A stretch of 64,000 nucleotides of DNA from an uncultured Gammaproteobacteria bacterium (GTDB lineage: Bacteria > Pseudomonadota > Gammaproteobacteria > UBA6002): NCBI GenBank assembly GCA_963705725.1, contig CAVPKM010000016.1, positions 64,001-128,000 on the forward strand, in the 5' to 3' direction. Below, piece by piece: positions 35,667 to 45,481 of the stretch (its first letter is position 1; each line of letters starts with the position of its first letter). The position numbers and the translations under genes are program-made. The notes beneath the pieces were generated by a model. It made no database searches. It saw only the letters and a list, made by a program, of their open reading frames with translations, and was not told where the DNA came from.

Positions 35667-36755
35667 CTAGGTATTCATTACCTCTATTTGACCACGTTTC
35701 ACGTGGAACGTCCTTACATCTTGCATGCGTGTTAAGTCGAGCAGCTGTTCGCGTGCTATGCAGCTGATAAAGATTTGTGAATCCATCGAACTTAACCTAT
35801 CTGTGATGAGCCTTCTATTTGATATATCTAATTCAGAGGCTAAGTCGTCAACGATAAAGAGGCAATGGGAATTGCTGTGTATTTTAAATGTAATTGCTTG
35901 TGCAAAACGCAGGCCGTATGTCAGCATTTTTTGTTGGCCTTGCGATAAAATTTCATGAGCAGGCGCATCTGCAACTCTTAGCCGTAAATCAGCTCGATGA
36001 GGTCCAAGATGAGTATACCCTAGTTGCTTGTCTTTATTAAAATTTAGAGAAAGAAGTTCATTGAGGGGGTGTTGTGTGTTCCAGCCAGGATAATACTGTA
36101 AATCAATAGACAAATTTGGAAGAAACGCTGCTGCGAGGGGCTGGAATTGTTGTTTTAATAAATGATAATAATTGGTGCGATAATCGTGTAGTAGATTGGC
36201 AATGTGGGCAAGCTCGATATCCCAAGTTTGTAACTCTTGACGAGAAGAGGTGGATTTTAATAAGGCGTTGCGCTGTTTGAGCAAGCGATTAGCTCGCTGC
36301 CATTGTAGGTGAAAAGTGGGTTCCACGTGGAACGTACCCCAGTCGAGAAACTGACGCCTCACAGTTGGCCCTGACCCAATAAGGAGGTGACTGTCTGCAT
36401 TTAGCAGTTGAACGGGGATTAATTTCGCTATTTCTACAAGGGAGTGAACGGGTTTTCCGTCAATCCGTATAATATAGTCTTGAGCAGTCCTTCCTCTTTC
36501 AATTCCAACAGTCAGCGATAAATTTTGATTAGTGAGTTTAGCAACTAATCTGAAATTGGTTGAGTCATAATCTATGATTCTATTTAAGTTTCGGCATCTA
36601 AACGAACGGCAAAGTGCTAGATAATAAAGCGCTTCGAGGAGACTGGTTTTTCCGCTACCATTTTCCCCATAAAAAACATTTAAATGTTGGCTGAATTCGA
36701 GAGAGGCTCGCTTGATATTTCTAAAGTTGTAAACTTCAAAGGCGCTAATTTTCAT
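35667..36755 (-). CDS. recF: DNA replication/repair protein RecF
   Basis: GENGSGKTS, RRQFLDW, GPHRADL, LSQGQQK, DDLASELD. Confidence 0.96.
   Translation of the reverse strand: MKISAFEVYNFRNIKRASLEFSQHLNVFYGENGSGKTSLLEALYYLALCRSFRCRNLNRIIDYDSTNFRLVAKLTNQNLSLTVGIERGRTAQDYIIRIDGKPVHSLVEIAKLIPVQLLNADSHLLIGSGPTVRRQFLDWGTFHVEPTFHLQWQRANRLLKQRNALLKSTSSRQELQTWDIELAHIANLLHDYRTNYYHLLKQQFQPLAAAFLPNLSIDLQYYPGWNTQHPLNELLSLNFNKDKQLGYTHLGPHRADLRLRVADAPAHEILSQGQQKMLTYGLRFAQAITFKIHSNSHCLFIVDDLASELDISNRRLITDRLSSMDSQIFISCIAREQLLDLTRMQDVRTFHVKRGQIEVMNT
35695..35710. other. parS centromere site within recF
   Basis: CGTTTCACGTGGAACG, near-palindromic match to parS consensus TGTTTCACGTGAAACA. Confidence 0.8.
36319..36334. 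other. parS centromere site within recF
   Basis: GGTTCCACGTGGAACG with perfect 14-bp palindrome GTTCCACGTGGAAC. Confidence 0.8.
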
Positions 36756-36779
36756 GTGGAGATTTGTCGTAATTTTTGG

Positions 36780-37883
36780 CTATATTTTCATCGGCATGAC
36801 AACAAAAAGACTCATGTTTTCTGATTTTTCACCTTCAACTAAAATACTGCTGGTTGAATCAGACAAGGTCATTGTTACCATCTCTTCATTGATCGTATCT
36901 AAAACATCTATTAAATATTTAACATTGAAATTGATATCTAGATTGTCATATTGGTAGTCAATGTTAATTTCTTCTTCTGCTTCTTCGCTTTCAGGATTGT
37001 TAGCAATAATACGAAGCAATCCTGTTCTGAGCTGTAACTGAATGCCCCGAATTTTTTCATTGGATAGAATGGATGCTCGAGTAAGCGATTGCTTCAGCGC
37101 TTCGCGAGGTATAGAAACGGTTTTATCTCCGCCTTTAGGAATAACCCTTTCGTAATCAGGAAAGCGACCGTCAATTAATTTTGAAGTAAATACAAACTTA
37201 CTTCCCGAAACCTGAAAATGATTAGACATGATGGTGACGATAATTTCTTCATCAGAATCATCGAGAAATTTTAATAATTCAATTACTCCTTTTCGAGGAA
37301 TAATAATTTGGGAAAAAACATTGTTGATTATTGCCGCCTCAATCACATTTAGCGATAGGCGGTGACCATCAGTAGCAACGCTGCGAACCGTGCCCTGCTT
37401 AATTTCCAGTAGCATGCCATTCAAATAATAACGCACATCCTGCACAGCCATAGCAAAATAAGTTCTTTGTAGTAAAAATCGGAGATTTTTTTGCTCGATT
37501 GAAAATTCAAGTAAATGTTCTGTTTGTTCCAAGCAAGGAAATTCTTCAGCGGGTAATGTAGCCAAGGTAAAACGACTTTTGCCTGATTGAATTAATAACT
37601 TCTTGTTATCAATTGATAAATGAATAATAGACTGGTCAGGTAATGATCGGCAAATATCAACCAGCTTTCGTGCTGGAACAGTTATCGCACAGGATGAATG
37701 AGGTTGAGTAAGCGGTAAGTGGGTATGTAGCTCAACTTCAAGATCAGTTGCAATAATCGATAAATTCTCATCTATTTTTAGCAAAACATTAGATAAAATC
37801 GGTTTGGTTTGGCGCTTTTCGGCAATGCCGCTGACAAGTTGCAGTGGTTTTAAAAGCTCTTCCCGGTTGATTGATAATCTCAT
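36780..37883 (-). CDS. dnaN: DNA polymerase III beta clamp
   Basis: PILSNVLL, ATDLE, QDVRYYLNG, ATDGHRL, VVMPM. Confidence 0.98.
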   Translation of the reverse strand: MRLSINREELLKPLQLVSGIAEKRQTKPILSNVLLKIDENLSIIATDLEVELHTHLPLTQPHSSCAITVPARKLVDICRSLPDQSIIHLSIDNKKLLIQSGKSRFTLATLPAEEFPCLEQTEHLLEFSIEQKNLRFLLQRTYFAMAVQDVRYYLNGMLLEIKQGTVRSVATDGHRLSLNVIEAAIINNVFSQIIIPRKGVIELLKFLDDSDEEIIVTIMSNHFQVSGSKFVFTSKLIDGRFPDYERVIPKGGDKTVSIPREALKQSLTRASILSNEKIRGIQLQLRTGLLRIIANNPESEEAEEEINIDYQYDNLDINFNVKYLIDVLDTINEEMVTMTLSDSTSSILVEGEKSENMSLFVVMPMKI

Positions 37884-37912
37884 GTTGTACTCTTTCTCTA
37901 GTTAAGTAGTAT

Positions 37913-37969
37913 GTCACTCTTCAGCGCGTTAATTAAAGTGGCAAAATCGTTCAAATGATTAATAATTAC
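37913..37969. repeat. Repeat family A eroded copy between dnaA and dnaN, overlapping the dnaA stop
   Basis: Left GTCACTCTTCAGCGC, internal TTAATTAAA and TGGCAAAATC, right GATTAATAATTAC (2 mismatches to GATGAATAGTTAC). Confidence 0.6.
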
Positions 37970-39336
37970 GTGGAAAGTATACGCAGTAGAACCATATAAT
38001 CTTCTTTTATGTTGATTGTTTCTGCAATCAATTCTTTAATTTTTCTACAAGCATGGAGAACTGTCGTGTGATCGCGGCCACCAAAAGCTTCGCCAATTTC
38101 AGGCAAGCTATGATTAGTTAACTCTTTAGCGAGAGCCATAGCAATTTGACGCGCCCTAGCTAGATGGCGACTTCTTCGTTTTGACAATAACTCGGTAATT
38201 TTGATTTTATAATATTCTGCGACAGTTTTTTGGATGTTTTCAATAGATACTAACTTAGCTTGTATTGCCAGAAGGTCTTTCAGTGCTTCACGAGCGAAGT
38301 CAAGAGTGATCGATTGTCCAGTAAAATGAGCATTAGCAATGACTCGTTTTAATGCACCTTCGAGCTCTCTCACATTGGATTGAATACGTTTTGCTATAAA
38401 AAAAGCCACTTCAGGGGGTAAATCTACATTAGAAAGCTCGGCTTTGCTCATTAAGATTGCTACGCGTGTTTCTAATTCGGGCGGCTCAACTGCAACCGTC
38501 AATCCCCAACCGAAACGCGATTTCAAGCGATCTTCTAGTCCTTGAATTTCTTTAGGGTAATTGTCGCAAGAAAGCACAATTTGACGCCCGCCTTCTAGTA
38601 AGGCATTGAATGTATGGAAGAATTCCTCTTGAGAGCGATCTTTTCCAGCAAAAAATTGAATATCATCGATTAACAAGGCGTCCAGCGAACGATAGCGACG
38701 TTTAAAATCGTTCATTAAATTACGTTGCAGGGCTTTAACCATATCTGCGACAAAGCGTTCAGCATGAAGATAAAGAACATTTGCATAGGGTTTATTTTCA
38801 AGAATAATGTTGCCAACTGCATGCATGAGATGGGTTTTTCCAAGCCCCACTCCACCATAAAGCAATAGAGGATTATAACCTGTTCCTGGGTTTTCACCAA
38901 CTTGTAAGGCAGCAGCTCTAGCTAACTGGTTTGATTTGCCTTCAACAAAATTATTAAAATTGAAGAGAGGATTGACATTATTGCTATTAGAAAAGGGAGA
39001 AGGTGCAGCTTGATTGGCGGTAACGGGAGGGGTTGTCGGGATTCTCGATGTTTTTTGAGTAGAGCCAATCTCGATCTTTACTAAGTAACTATTTGAACCG
39101 CTAATTTTCTTGGCCAAGAGAGCAATTTTTTGTAGAAAATGTTCATTAATCCAATCAACTACAAAGCGATTGGGGGCAAGTAGTGTCAAACAATTTTGTT
39201 CTTCTTGTGGCTGTAGAGGACGAATCCAAGTACTAAACTGATGCCCAGGAATTTCTTCTTGCAAATGGCTTAAACACTGATGCCAAACTTGCGAATCAGT
39301 TGGGCTGTTTGAATTTAAGTGTTGCAGCGCTGACAT
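37966..39336 (-). CDS. dnaA: Chromosomal replication initiator DnaA
   Basis: [42 protein letters not shown] 39336 with AGGTG RBS (ORF track extends to GTG 39345). Confidence 0.98.
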   Translation of the reverse strand: MSALQHLNSNSPTDSQVWHQCLSHLQEEIPGHQFSTWIRPLQPQEEQNCLTLLAPNRFVVDWINEHFLQKIALLAKKISGSNSYLVKIEIGSTQKTSRIPTTPPVTANQAAPSPFSNSNNVNPLFNFNNFVEGKSNQLARAAALQVGENPGTGYNPLLLYGGVGLGKTHLMHAVGNIILENKPYANVLYLHAERFVADMVKALQRNLMNDFKRRYRSLDALLIDDIQFFAGKDRSQEEFFHTFNALLEGGRQIVLSCDNYPKEIQGLEDRLKSRFGWGLTVAVEPPELETRVAILMSKAELSNVDLPPEVAFFIAKRIQSNVRELEGALKRVIANAHFTGQSITLDFAREALKDLLAIQAKLVSIENIQKTVAEYYKIKITELLSKRRSRHLARARQIAMALAKELTNHSLPEIGEAFGGRDHTTVLHACRKIKELIAETINIKEDYMVLLRILST

Positions 39337-39365
39337 GTAATTCACCTATAAGTGTAAGAAAATTG

Positions 39366-39419
39366 AGAACCATTCAGCATTTTTTATTCGAATCTGGCTC
39401 AAATCTGATGAATAGTTAC
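39366..39419. repeat. Repeat family A internally deleted copy 30 bp upstream of dnaA
   Basis: AACCATTCAGC-ATTTTTTATTCGAATCTGGCTCAAATCT-GATGAATAGTTAC: both TIRs plus the GAATCTGGCT internal block. Confidence 0.85.
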
Positions 39420-39595
39420 AAAATAGATATCACAGTGAGAAGTCGTCACCGATCAATGCATAGTTTAAGCAGGAGGCAGAATGATCTCAAAAAGCGCTTG
39501 ATTAATCAATTTCTATACGAAAAAATAATCGTTGACTGTGCTTAATATACATACAACAGGTTTTTCATTCCAAGGAAGAGTTACTGGAGAATTCA

Positions 39596-40072
39596 ATGGC
39601 AATGATACGTTACATACATGTTTTATTAGGCGTAACGCTAGCAGGTTTTTTTGTTGGCAACTATTTTTATATTAATCTAGCGATTCAGCAAAATTGCAGA
39701 ATGACATTACGTTTTATTTTAAGTAAATCATTACTAGTCGACTGTATTTTATTTTTACCTATCATTGTCATAGTTTTAGCAACAGGTAGCTACCAAGTTA
39801 TTTTTTTGAATTTATCGCTGACTACTCCCTGGATCCTCTCAGCCTATTTGTTTTTTTTAGTTTTTATTATTCTCTGGTTAAGTTTGTTTTGTCTAAAAAG
39901 TTATAACTACATTTTTGTTAAAGATTACAAAATTTTATTTAAAGGAGAGATCCTTTTCCATTGTATTAATCTCATTAGCATTATTTTATTTATAGTTATC
40001 ATCCACGATGCAATTAGAAAGGTTACATTTGTTCCTTGGGCGCATTTTATGCATAGGTATGCACTATCCTAA
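39596..40072 (+). CDS. Four-TM membrane protein, DUF2269-like
   Basis: N-terminal IHV, central D..F..P, 'LTTPW' loop; similar layout to 41378..41860. Confidence 0.6.
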   Translation: MAMIRYIHVLLGVTLAGFFVGNYFYINLAIQQNCRMTLRFILSKSLLVDCILFLPIIVIVLATGSYQVIFLNLSLTTPWILSAYLFFLVFIILWLSLFCLKSYNYIFVKDYKILFKGEILFHCINLISIILFIVIIHDAIRKVTFVPWAHFMHRYALS

Positions 40073-40091
40073 AATGCTATGGGGATGAAAA

Positions 40092-41381
40092 ATGAAAAAT
40101 GAACGAATATTAATCACAGGTGGCTATGGCTTTATAGGAAGCTATATTGTTTCAGTTTTACTTAGCCAAGGTTATGAGGTCATTATTTGTGGAAGAGGAG
40201 TTAAAAGATTCAAAAAAAGATTTCCAAATGTAAAAAGCTTAGAAATTGACTTCGCTAAAGCGCCGATGAAAGCAGGAATGAATGTACTAAATGAATTTGA
40301 TTTTATTGATGTTTTGATTAATTGCGTGGGAATACTCCAAGGCAAAAAAAAGGAAATATGGAATGTACATTACTTCATGCCTAAGGCATTAATTCAGGCG
40401 GCGTTAAATAAAAATTTACAGCAAATTATTCAAATTTCTGCATTGGGAGTGGAGAAAATTGATATTCCATTTACTGAAAGTAAGCGGGCATTAGATAACT
40501 ATTTATTAACTTTAACTATCCCAGTCCAAATACTTAGGCCTTCTCTCGTTTATGCCTCCGGATCTTATGGGGGAACTTCCATGATGCGCGGTTTAGCAGG
40601 GCTCCCTGGCGTCATTCCCGTGCCAGGAAAAGAAGGACAACGTTTTCAGCCAATACATATTGAAGATCTAAGCCTTGCTGTCATGAGCCTGCTACACAAT
40701 AAAAACAGCGGAATTTTGGATGCAGTAGGGCCTAAACAATATTCTTTATTTGAAATTGTAAAATTATTTAGAGAGTGGTTAGGATTTAAACATGCTTTTA
40801 AAATTTTTATGCCAATTAACCTCGTGATAATAGCTGAAAAATTAATGAAAATTTTTCATATTAACTCAACTTTAATAAGTATGCTGACTCAAGATATTGT
40901 GACTTCTGAAAAAGAAACAAAAAAATTTGAGCAAACAATAGGATTTATCCCCAAAAATTTTGAACAGGGTTTATTTCATTTGCCTAGCTACGTACAGGAT
41001 AGATGGCATGCTAGGCTTTATTTTTTGAGGCCTTTGCTGCGTATCTCGATAGGATTGGTTTGGATTGGAACAGGCATGACCTCCCTGTTTTTCTATCCAG
41101 AGCAAAATAGCTTGGCTCTTTTAAACACTATCTGGCCATCGCTAGCAAAATTATTTTTATATGGTTCGAGCCTTCTTGACATTGGATTGGGTTTTGCCAC
41201 CCTTATCAATTATAAAATTAAAAAAGTGGGGATGAGTGAGATCATATTAATCTTATTTTACACAGTTTTGGCTAGTTTATATTTTCCTGCCCTTTGGCAA
41301 GATCCGTTTGGTCCACTGCTAAAAAATGTGCCAATTTTAGTTGCGACCGCTGTGATGATTTATTTGGAAGATAACCGATGA
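40092..41381 (+). CDS. NAD-dependent epimerase/atypical SDR with C-terminal DoxX-like membrane domain
   Basis: ITGGYGFIG Rossmann motif, INCVGIL, RPSLVY, QPIHIEDL; C-terminal DRWHARL and W.DPFGPLLKN TM domain. Confidence 0.85.
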   Translation: MKNERILITGGYGFIGSYIVSVLLSQGYEVIICGRGVKRFKKRFPNVKSLEIDFAKAPMKAGMNVLNEFDFIDVLINCVGILQGKKKEIWNVHYFMPKALIQAALNKNLQQIIQISALGVEKIDIPFTESKRALDNYLLTLTIPVQILRPSLVYASGSYGGTSMMRGLAGLPGVIPVPGKEGQRFQPIHIEDLSLAVMSLLHNKNSGILDAVGPKQYSLFEIVKLFREWLGFKHAFKIFMPINLVIIAEKLMKIFHINSTLISMLTQDIVTSEKETKKFEQTIGFIPKNFEQGLFHLPSYVQDRWHARLYFLRPLLRISIGLVWIGTGMTSLFFYPEQNSLALLNTIWPSLAKLFLYGSSLLDIGLGFATLINYKIKKVGMSEIILILFYTVLASLYFPALWQDPFGPLLKNVPILVATAVMIYLEDNR

Positions 41382-41860
41382 GTTACTCACTATTGAAAAT
41401 TATCCATGTAATAAGTGCATGCCTGCTATTTGGAACCGGTTTATCGACCGCAATATATATGTATCTCGCCCACCGTAGTCAAAATAGGGAAATTATTGCC
41501 AACACTTTTAAAATGATTGTAAAAGGCGATTGGTATTTTACTTTACCATCAGGTTTCATCCAGTTAGCAACGGGTTTATTAATGGTAATACACTGCCGGC
41601 TGCCCTTTTTCACTTCTTTTTGGCTATGGGGGTCAACTATAGGCTATTTGATTGCAGCTTTGTGCTGGTTTCCTGTGGTTTACCTACAAATACAATTAAA
41701 AAATATTGCCTGCCAGGCTGTGCGAGCAAATATCGGGTTACCTACTCAATATTATCTTAAATTTAAATATTGGTTTTGTTTAGGATTGCCAGCCTTTGGG
41801 AGCTTGCTGGTTGTTTTTTACCTGATGGTCAATAGAACTACCCATTTTTCTTTTTTATAA
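41378..41860 (+). CDS. DUF2269 family integral membrane protein
   Basis: LKIIHVISA.LLFGTG, DWYFT.P, CWFPVV.LQ, WF.LG.PAF, YLMV. Confidence 0.8.
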   Translation: MSYSLLKIIHVISACLLFGTGLSTAIYMYLAHRSQNREIIANTFKMIVKGDWYFTLPSGFIQLATGLLMVIHCRLPFFTSFWLWGSTIGYLIAALCWFPVVYLQIQLKNIACQAVRANIGLPTQYYLKFKYWFCLGLPAFGSLLVVFYLMVNRTTHFSFL

Positions 41861-41978
41861 GCTATAATACTTCGGTCAGTTTTGATGTCGTGGTTTTATT
41901 ATAAAGGAATATAATAATTCCGCAGTTGTACCTGAACAAAGTTAAGAAATTGCTAATTAGTCAATCGGAGAGGTTTTC

Positions 41979-42416
41979 ATGGAAGAAACTTTTCGCCGAT
42001 CTTCAAAGATGAATCAGAGGGAAGGCAAACCTTCTGCATCCAAGGAGATGCGTAGTACCCTTAGTATCAGAATGTTTAAAGACGATTCAGAATTGCAGCG
42101 GATAGAAAACGAATTAAAAGCAACAGCCAAAGCCATTATTGAAGAGTATAAAAATCTGCCAGCCATGAACTATCGCGAACAATTTAATTTGGGCGTGAAG
42201 TTAAAACGAAGCATCTTACACGCAAAGCAAAATCTAAAGGCAGTCTTCAGATATCCAGCTCAAGTAGAACAAATGTTTGAAAAAATGTGCAAAAAAACAC
42301 ATAACCATTTGCTCGATGTAGTGGGTGAACAAGCCGATAAATTTGATCATGCATATAAAGATAGTATTCAACAACCTGTATCAAAAACAAATATACCGAT
42401 CAGTGGCCCTAGATGA
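41979..42416 (+). CDS. Hypothetical soluble helical protein
   Basis: 145-aa ORF with GGAGAGG RBS; no recognisable family. Confidence 0.65.
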   Translation: MEETFRRSSKMNQREGKPSASKEMRSTLSIRMFKDDSELQRIENELKATAKAIIEEYKNLPAMNYREQFNLGVKLKRSILHAKQNLKAVFRYPAQVEQMFEKMCKKTHNHLLDVVGEQADKFDHAYKDSIQQPVSKTNIPISGPR

Positions 42417-42424
42417 ATAGTTAC
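42412..42424. repeat. Repeat family A TIR remnant containing the upstream ORF's stop codon
   Basis: GATGAATAGTTAC, identical to the right TIR at 39407-39419. Confidence 0.6.
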
Positions 42425-42510
42425 GATAACTACAATGAACGTTTGTGCGTTGAACAGGCTCTTACCCAGTGAGCAGTTACTAGTGACGAATTAGGCTAGG
42501 TTTGGGACTG

Positions 42511-44148
42511 TCATGAGTTACGAAATATAATGGCTAACCCAATTATGCCAAGTATTAAATTTACTGAGACGCGATGAATAAAATAACTGTATCCCAGTGT
42601 AAAGTTTAATATTACGAGGGCAAGTAAGCTCATTCCAAATCCTAGCCATTTCTTACGGCGATCATTTTTTCTTTGATCTGTTGCTTTTTCAAAAAGACTA
42701 GCAAAATTCTGTTGCGGATTAGTTTTTTGCAAATATTGCTCAAGCAGATCAGGCAATACCAGCATTTTATTGATGAGTGAGGGGGCTTGTTGATAGATTT
42801 TTTTTAACATGGCACGTGGCCCGATTTGCTGTCTCACCCATTTTTCGAGATAGGGTTTTGCAGTAGACCATAGGTCGAGATCAGGATAAAGTTGACGCCC
42901 TAAGCCTTCAACGTTCAACATTGTTTTTTGCAATAAAAAGAATTGTGGTTGTACATCCATCTGAAATTTTCTAGTAGCTTGAAAAATCTTTAATAACAAC
43001 TTTCCAATAGAGATATCCTTCAGTGGCCTTTCAAAAATGGGTTCACATACTCCTCGAATAGCGGTTTCTAATTCATCTATGCGAATTTTTCCAACCCAAC
43101 CCGATTCAATGTGTAACTCGGCCACTCTGCGATAATCTCTTCTGAAAAAAGCAAGCAAATTTTCAGCCAGATAACGTTGATCTGTAGGACTTAATGTTCC
43201 CATTATTCCGAAATCCACAGCAATATATTGAGGATTTTCTGGATTTTTTTTATTAATAAAGATATTGCCGGGATGCATGTCAGCATGAAAAAAGCTATCG
43301 CGCAAAACCTGAGTGAAAAAAATTTCCACCCCTTTTTCCGCTAATTCTTTCAAATTTATTCCAGCCTGTTTGAGTGTTTTAACATCTGAGATTGGAATTC
43401 CCGCTATTTTTTCCATGACTAAAATTCGTTGGCTAGAATATTCCCAGAAAACTTGTGGTATATAAAGTAGGGATGAATTAAGAAAATTTCTTCGTAGCTG
43501 CGAGGCATTGGCACCTTCATGAAGAAGATCTAATTCGTAGGTGAGAGATTTTTCTAATTCAGCCACAACCTCAATTGCTCGAAGTCTATCTCCATGTGGA
43601 AAAAATTTTTCGGTAAATTTTGCCACGCTATAAATAAGACTCATATCTTTATGGATAGTTTTCTCAATATTCGGTCTAATAATTTTTACAACGACTTCTT
43701 CGCCACTTTTCAATATTGCCGCGTGGACTTGTGCGATGGAAGCGGAAGCTAAGGGGGTTTCATCAAAAGCGGCAAATATTTCAGTAATCGGTTTTTTATA
43801 ATAATTTTCAAGTATATTTTTTGCTAAGCTTCCCGAAAAAGGTGGAACCTTATCTTGTAGTTTTTCTAATTCATCAGCTATATCATTCGGTATTAAATCG
43901 CGTCTAGTTGAAAGAACTTGGCCAAACTTTACGAAAATCGGACCGAGTTGTTCGAAAGCAAGTCGAATGGATTCGCCTCTTGGTTTATTTTCCTTGTTCA
44001 ACCAATGCCAGGGATTGAAATAACTAATAAAAGAAAATTGGCGCAAACTTTCAGTTGAAAGAACAACACGGTCTAAACGATTTTTTAAAAGAATAATATT
44101 AATCTGAAATAGCCGGATAAGTTGCCTAGGTCTCTTCATTATTTTCAT
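42511..44148 (-). CDS. ubiB: Ubiquinone biosynthesis atypical kinase UbiB
   Basis: LGPIFVKFGQ, ASASIAQVH, FFHADMHPGN, DFG. Confidence 0.96.
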   Translation of the reverse strand: MKIMKRPRQLIRLFQINIILLKNRLDRVVLSTESLRQFSFISYFNPWHWLNKENKPRGESIRLAFEQLGPIFVKFGQVLSTRRDLIPNDIADELEKLQDKVPPFSGSLAKNILENYYKKPITEIFAAFDETPLASASIAQVHAAILKSGEEVVVKIIRPNIEKTIHKDMSLIYSVAKFTEKFFPHGDRLRAIEVVAELEKSLTYELDLLHEGANASQLRRNFLNSSLLYIPQVFWEYSSQRILVMEKIAGIPISDVKTLKQAGINLKELAEKGVEIFFTQVLRDSFFHADMHPGNIFINKKNPENPQYIAVDFGIMGTLSPTDQRYLAENLLAFFRRDYRRVAELHIESGWVGKIRIDELETAIRGVCEPIFERPLKDISIGKLLLKIFQATRKFQMDVQPQFFLLQKTMLNVEGLGRQLYPDLDLWSTAKPYLEKWVRQQIGPRAMLKKIYQQAPSLINKMLVLPDLLEQYLQKTNPQQNFASLFEKATDQRKNDRRKKWLGFGMSLLALVILNFTLGYSYFIHRVSVNLILGIIGLAIIFRNS

Positions 44149-44735
44149 AATTTCTTCCTTAAGCGAGTTAAGCGCATTTCAAAACGCTCGATATCCATTT
44201 TAAGCTTTCTTGTTTCTTCAAAAAAATCTTCTACCTCTTCTTGTGTGGGTAAAAGTTGTTTTTCTTCTTGAATAAATTCAATTAAATCTTCGGATGTGCG
44301 TTTAACATTGCTGTGACAAGTCTCATAAAAATTATGCCAGATTTGAGTTAACTGTTTGGCAATAACATCTCCTGTCAAATAGGAAAGATATTCTTCGCTA
44401 TCAATATCAATATCTTGCAATAGCAATTTAAATTGATGCGCTAACTCAAGGTCTCCTTCAACCTGAAGCGTGGTTATTTGATTAAAAGGCAACAAATTTT
44501 TAAGGTAAGAAGGAACGGAGCCTTTAATAATAGTGTCTGGTGCTGCATCATAATATTTTTGAACAAAAATTTTTTCTTTGCGAATAAGAAAAAAAAATGA
44601 TGTGGCAGTTTCTTTTAATTCAAGTTTAATCACTTTGCCAAAATGTCTTTCTTGAAAATGGGTCTTAGTTTGATTGAGTGAAAAAATTAAATTGACTGCG
44701 CGTTCTAAAACACCAGTTAGAATAACATTAATCAA
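44145..44735 (-). CDS. ubiJ: Ubiquinone biosynthesis accessory factor UbiJ
   Basis: SCP2-like region (VEGDLELA), EEYLS..GD, C-terminal coiled coil; lies between ubiE and ubiB. Confidence 0.85.
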   Translation of the reverse strand: MINVILTGVLERAVNLIFSLNQTKTHFQERHFGKVIKLELKETATSFFFLIRKEKIFVQKYYDAAPDTIIKGSVPSYLKNLLPFNQITTLQVEGDLELAHQFKLLLQDIDIDSEEYLSYLTGDVIAKQLTQIWHNFYETCHSNVKRTSEDLIEFIQEEKQLLPTQEEVEDFFEETRKLKMDIERFEMRLTRLRKKL

Positions 44736-45481
44736 AATTTATAGCCCCGATGAATTGCTACTACGCCACCTGTCAAATTATGATAATCACAATTTTCAAA
44801 CCCAATCTCTTCCATCATTTTACAGAGAGTAAGTTGATCTGGATGCATTCGAATGGATTCTGCTAGGTAGCGATAACTTTTTTCATCACCCACTATGCAT
44901 TTTCCAAGAAGGGGTAATAGATTAAAAGAATAAAAGTCATAAATTTTATTAAGTGGAGAAAAAGTTGGGCGAGAAAATTCAAGAATAATCACTTTTCCAC
45001 CTGGTCGTAAGACATGATACATCGAAGCTAATGCTGCTTGTTTATCCGTTACATTTCTAAGCCCGAAACCCATGGTGATGCAATCAATGCTGTTATCAGG
45101 AAAGGGAATATTCTCTGCATTCACAATGAGATAATGCGTGTTTGCTGCGATGCCGGCATCGATCAACCGATGACGTGCAAGCTCTAACATGGAAAAATTA
45201 ATATCTGTAACAAATAATTTGCCAGTATTATCAAGCAGGGGAGCAATCCTTAATGACAGATCTCCTGTTCCAGCCGCAAGATCCAAGATGTTATGATAAG
45301 TTTTAATTGATGCCAGTTCTATTGCGATCTTTTTCCAGATTCGATGAATTCCAAGAGACATTAAGTCATTCATTACATCATATTTGCCCGCTACTGAATG
45401 AAAAACTTCTGCAACGCGTTCGGTTTTTTCAATAGAAGGAATTTTTTCAAAACCAAAGTGGGTGAAGTTATCTTTGCTCAT
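44732..45481 (-). CDS. ubiE: UbiE/MenG methyltransferase
   Basis: THFGF, YDVMNDLMS.GIHR.WK, DLAAGTGD, YLAESIRMHP. ATG 45481. Confidence 0.97.
   Translation of the reverse strand: MSKDNFTHFGFEKIPSIEKTERVAEVFHSVAGKYDVMNDLMSLGIHRIWKKIAIELASIKTYHNILDLAAGTGDLSLRIAPLLDNTGKLFVTDINFSMLELARHRLIDAGIAANTHYLIVNAENIPFPDNSIDCITMGFGLRNVTDKQAALASMYHVLRPGGKVIILEFSRPTFSPLNKIYDFYSFNLLPLLGKCIVGDEKSYRYLAESIRMHPDQLTLCKMMEEIGFENCDYHNLTGGVVAIHRGYKF

Noticed and set aside
39300-39545. 81-aa plus-strand ORF upstream of dnaA
   Set aside because: Overlaps the dnaA start antisense, runs through the repeat, has a TTG start and no protein-like motif; likely spurious.
39420-39595. Alternative oriC upstream of dnaA
   Set aside because: Best DnaA-box-like match (TGTGCTTAA, 39537-39545) has two mismatches, with no box cluster or long AT tract; not fully excluded without GC skew.
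41941-41957. PmrA-box-like GTTAAGAAATTGCTAAT upstream of orphan 41979
   Set aside because: Second half-site is mismatched and the motif is too close to the RBS to leave room for a -10 box; expected by chance in AT-rich DNA.
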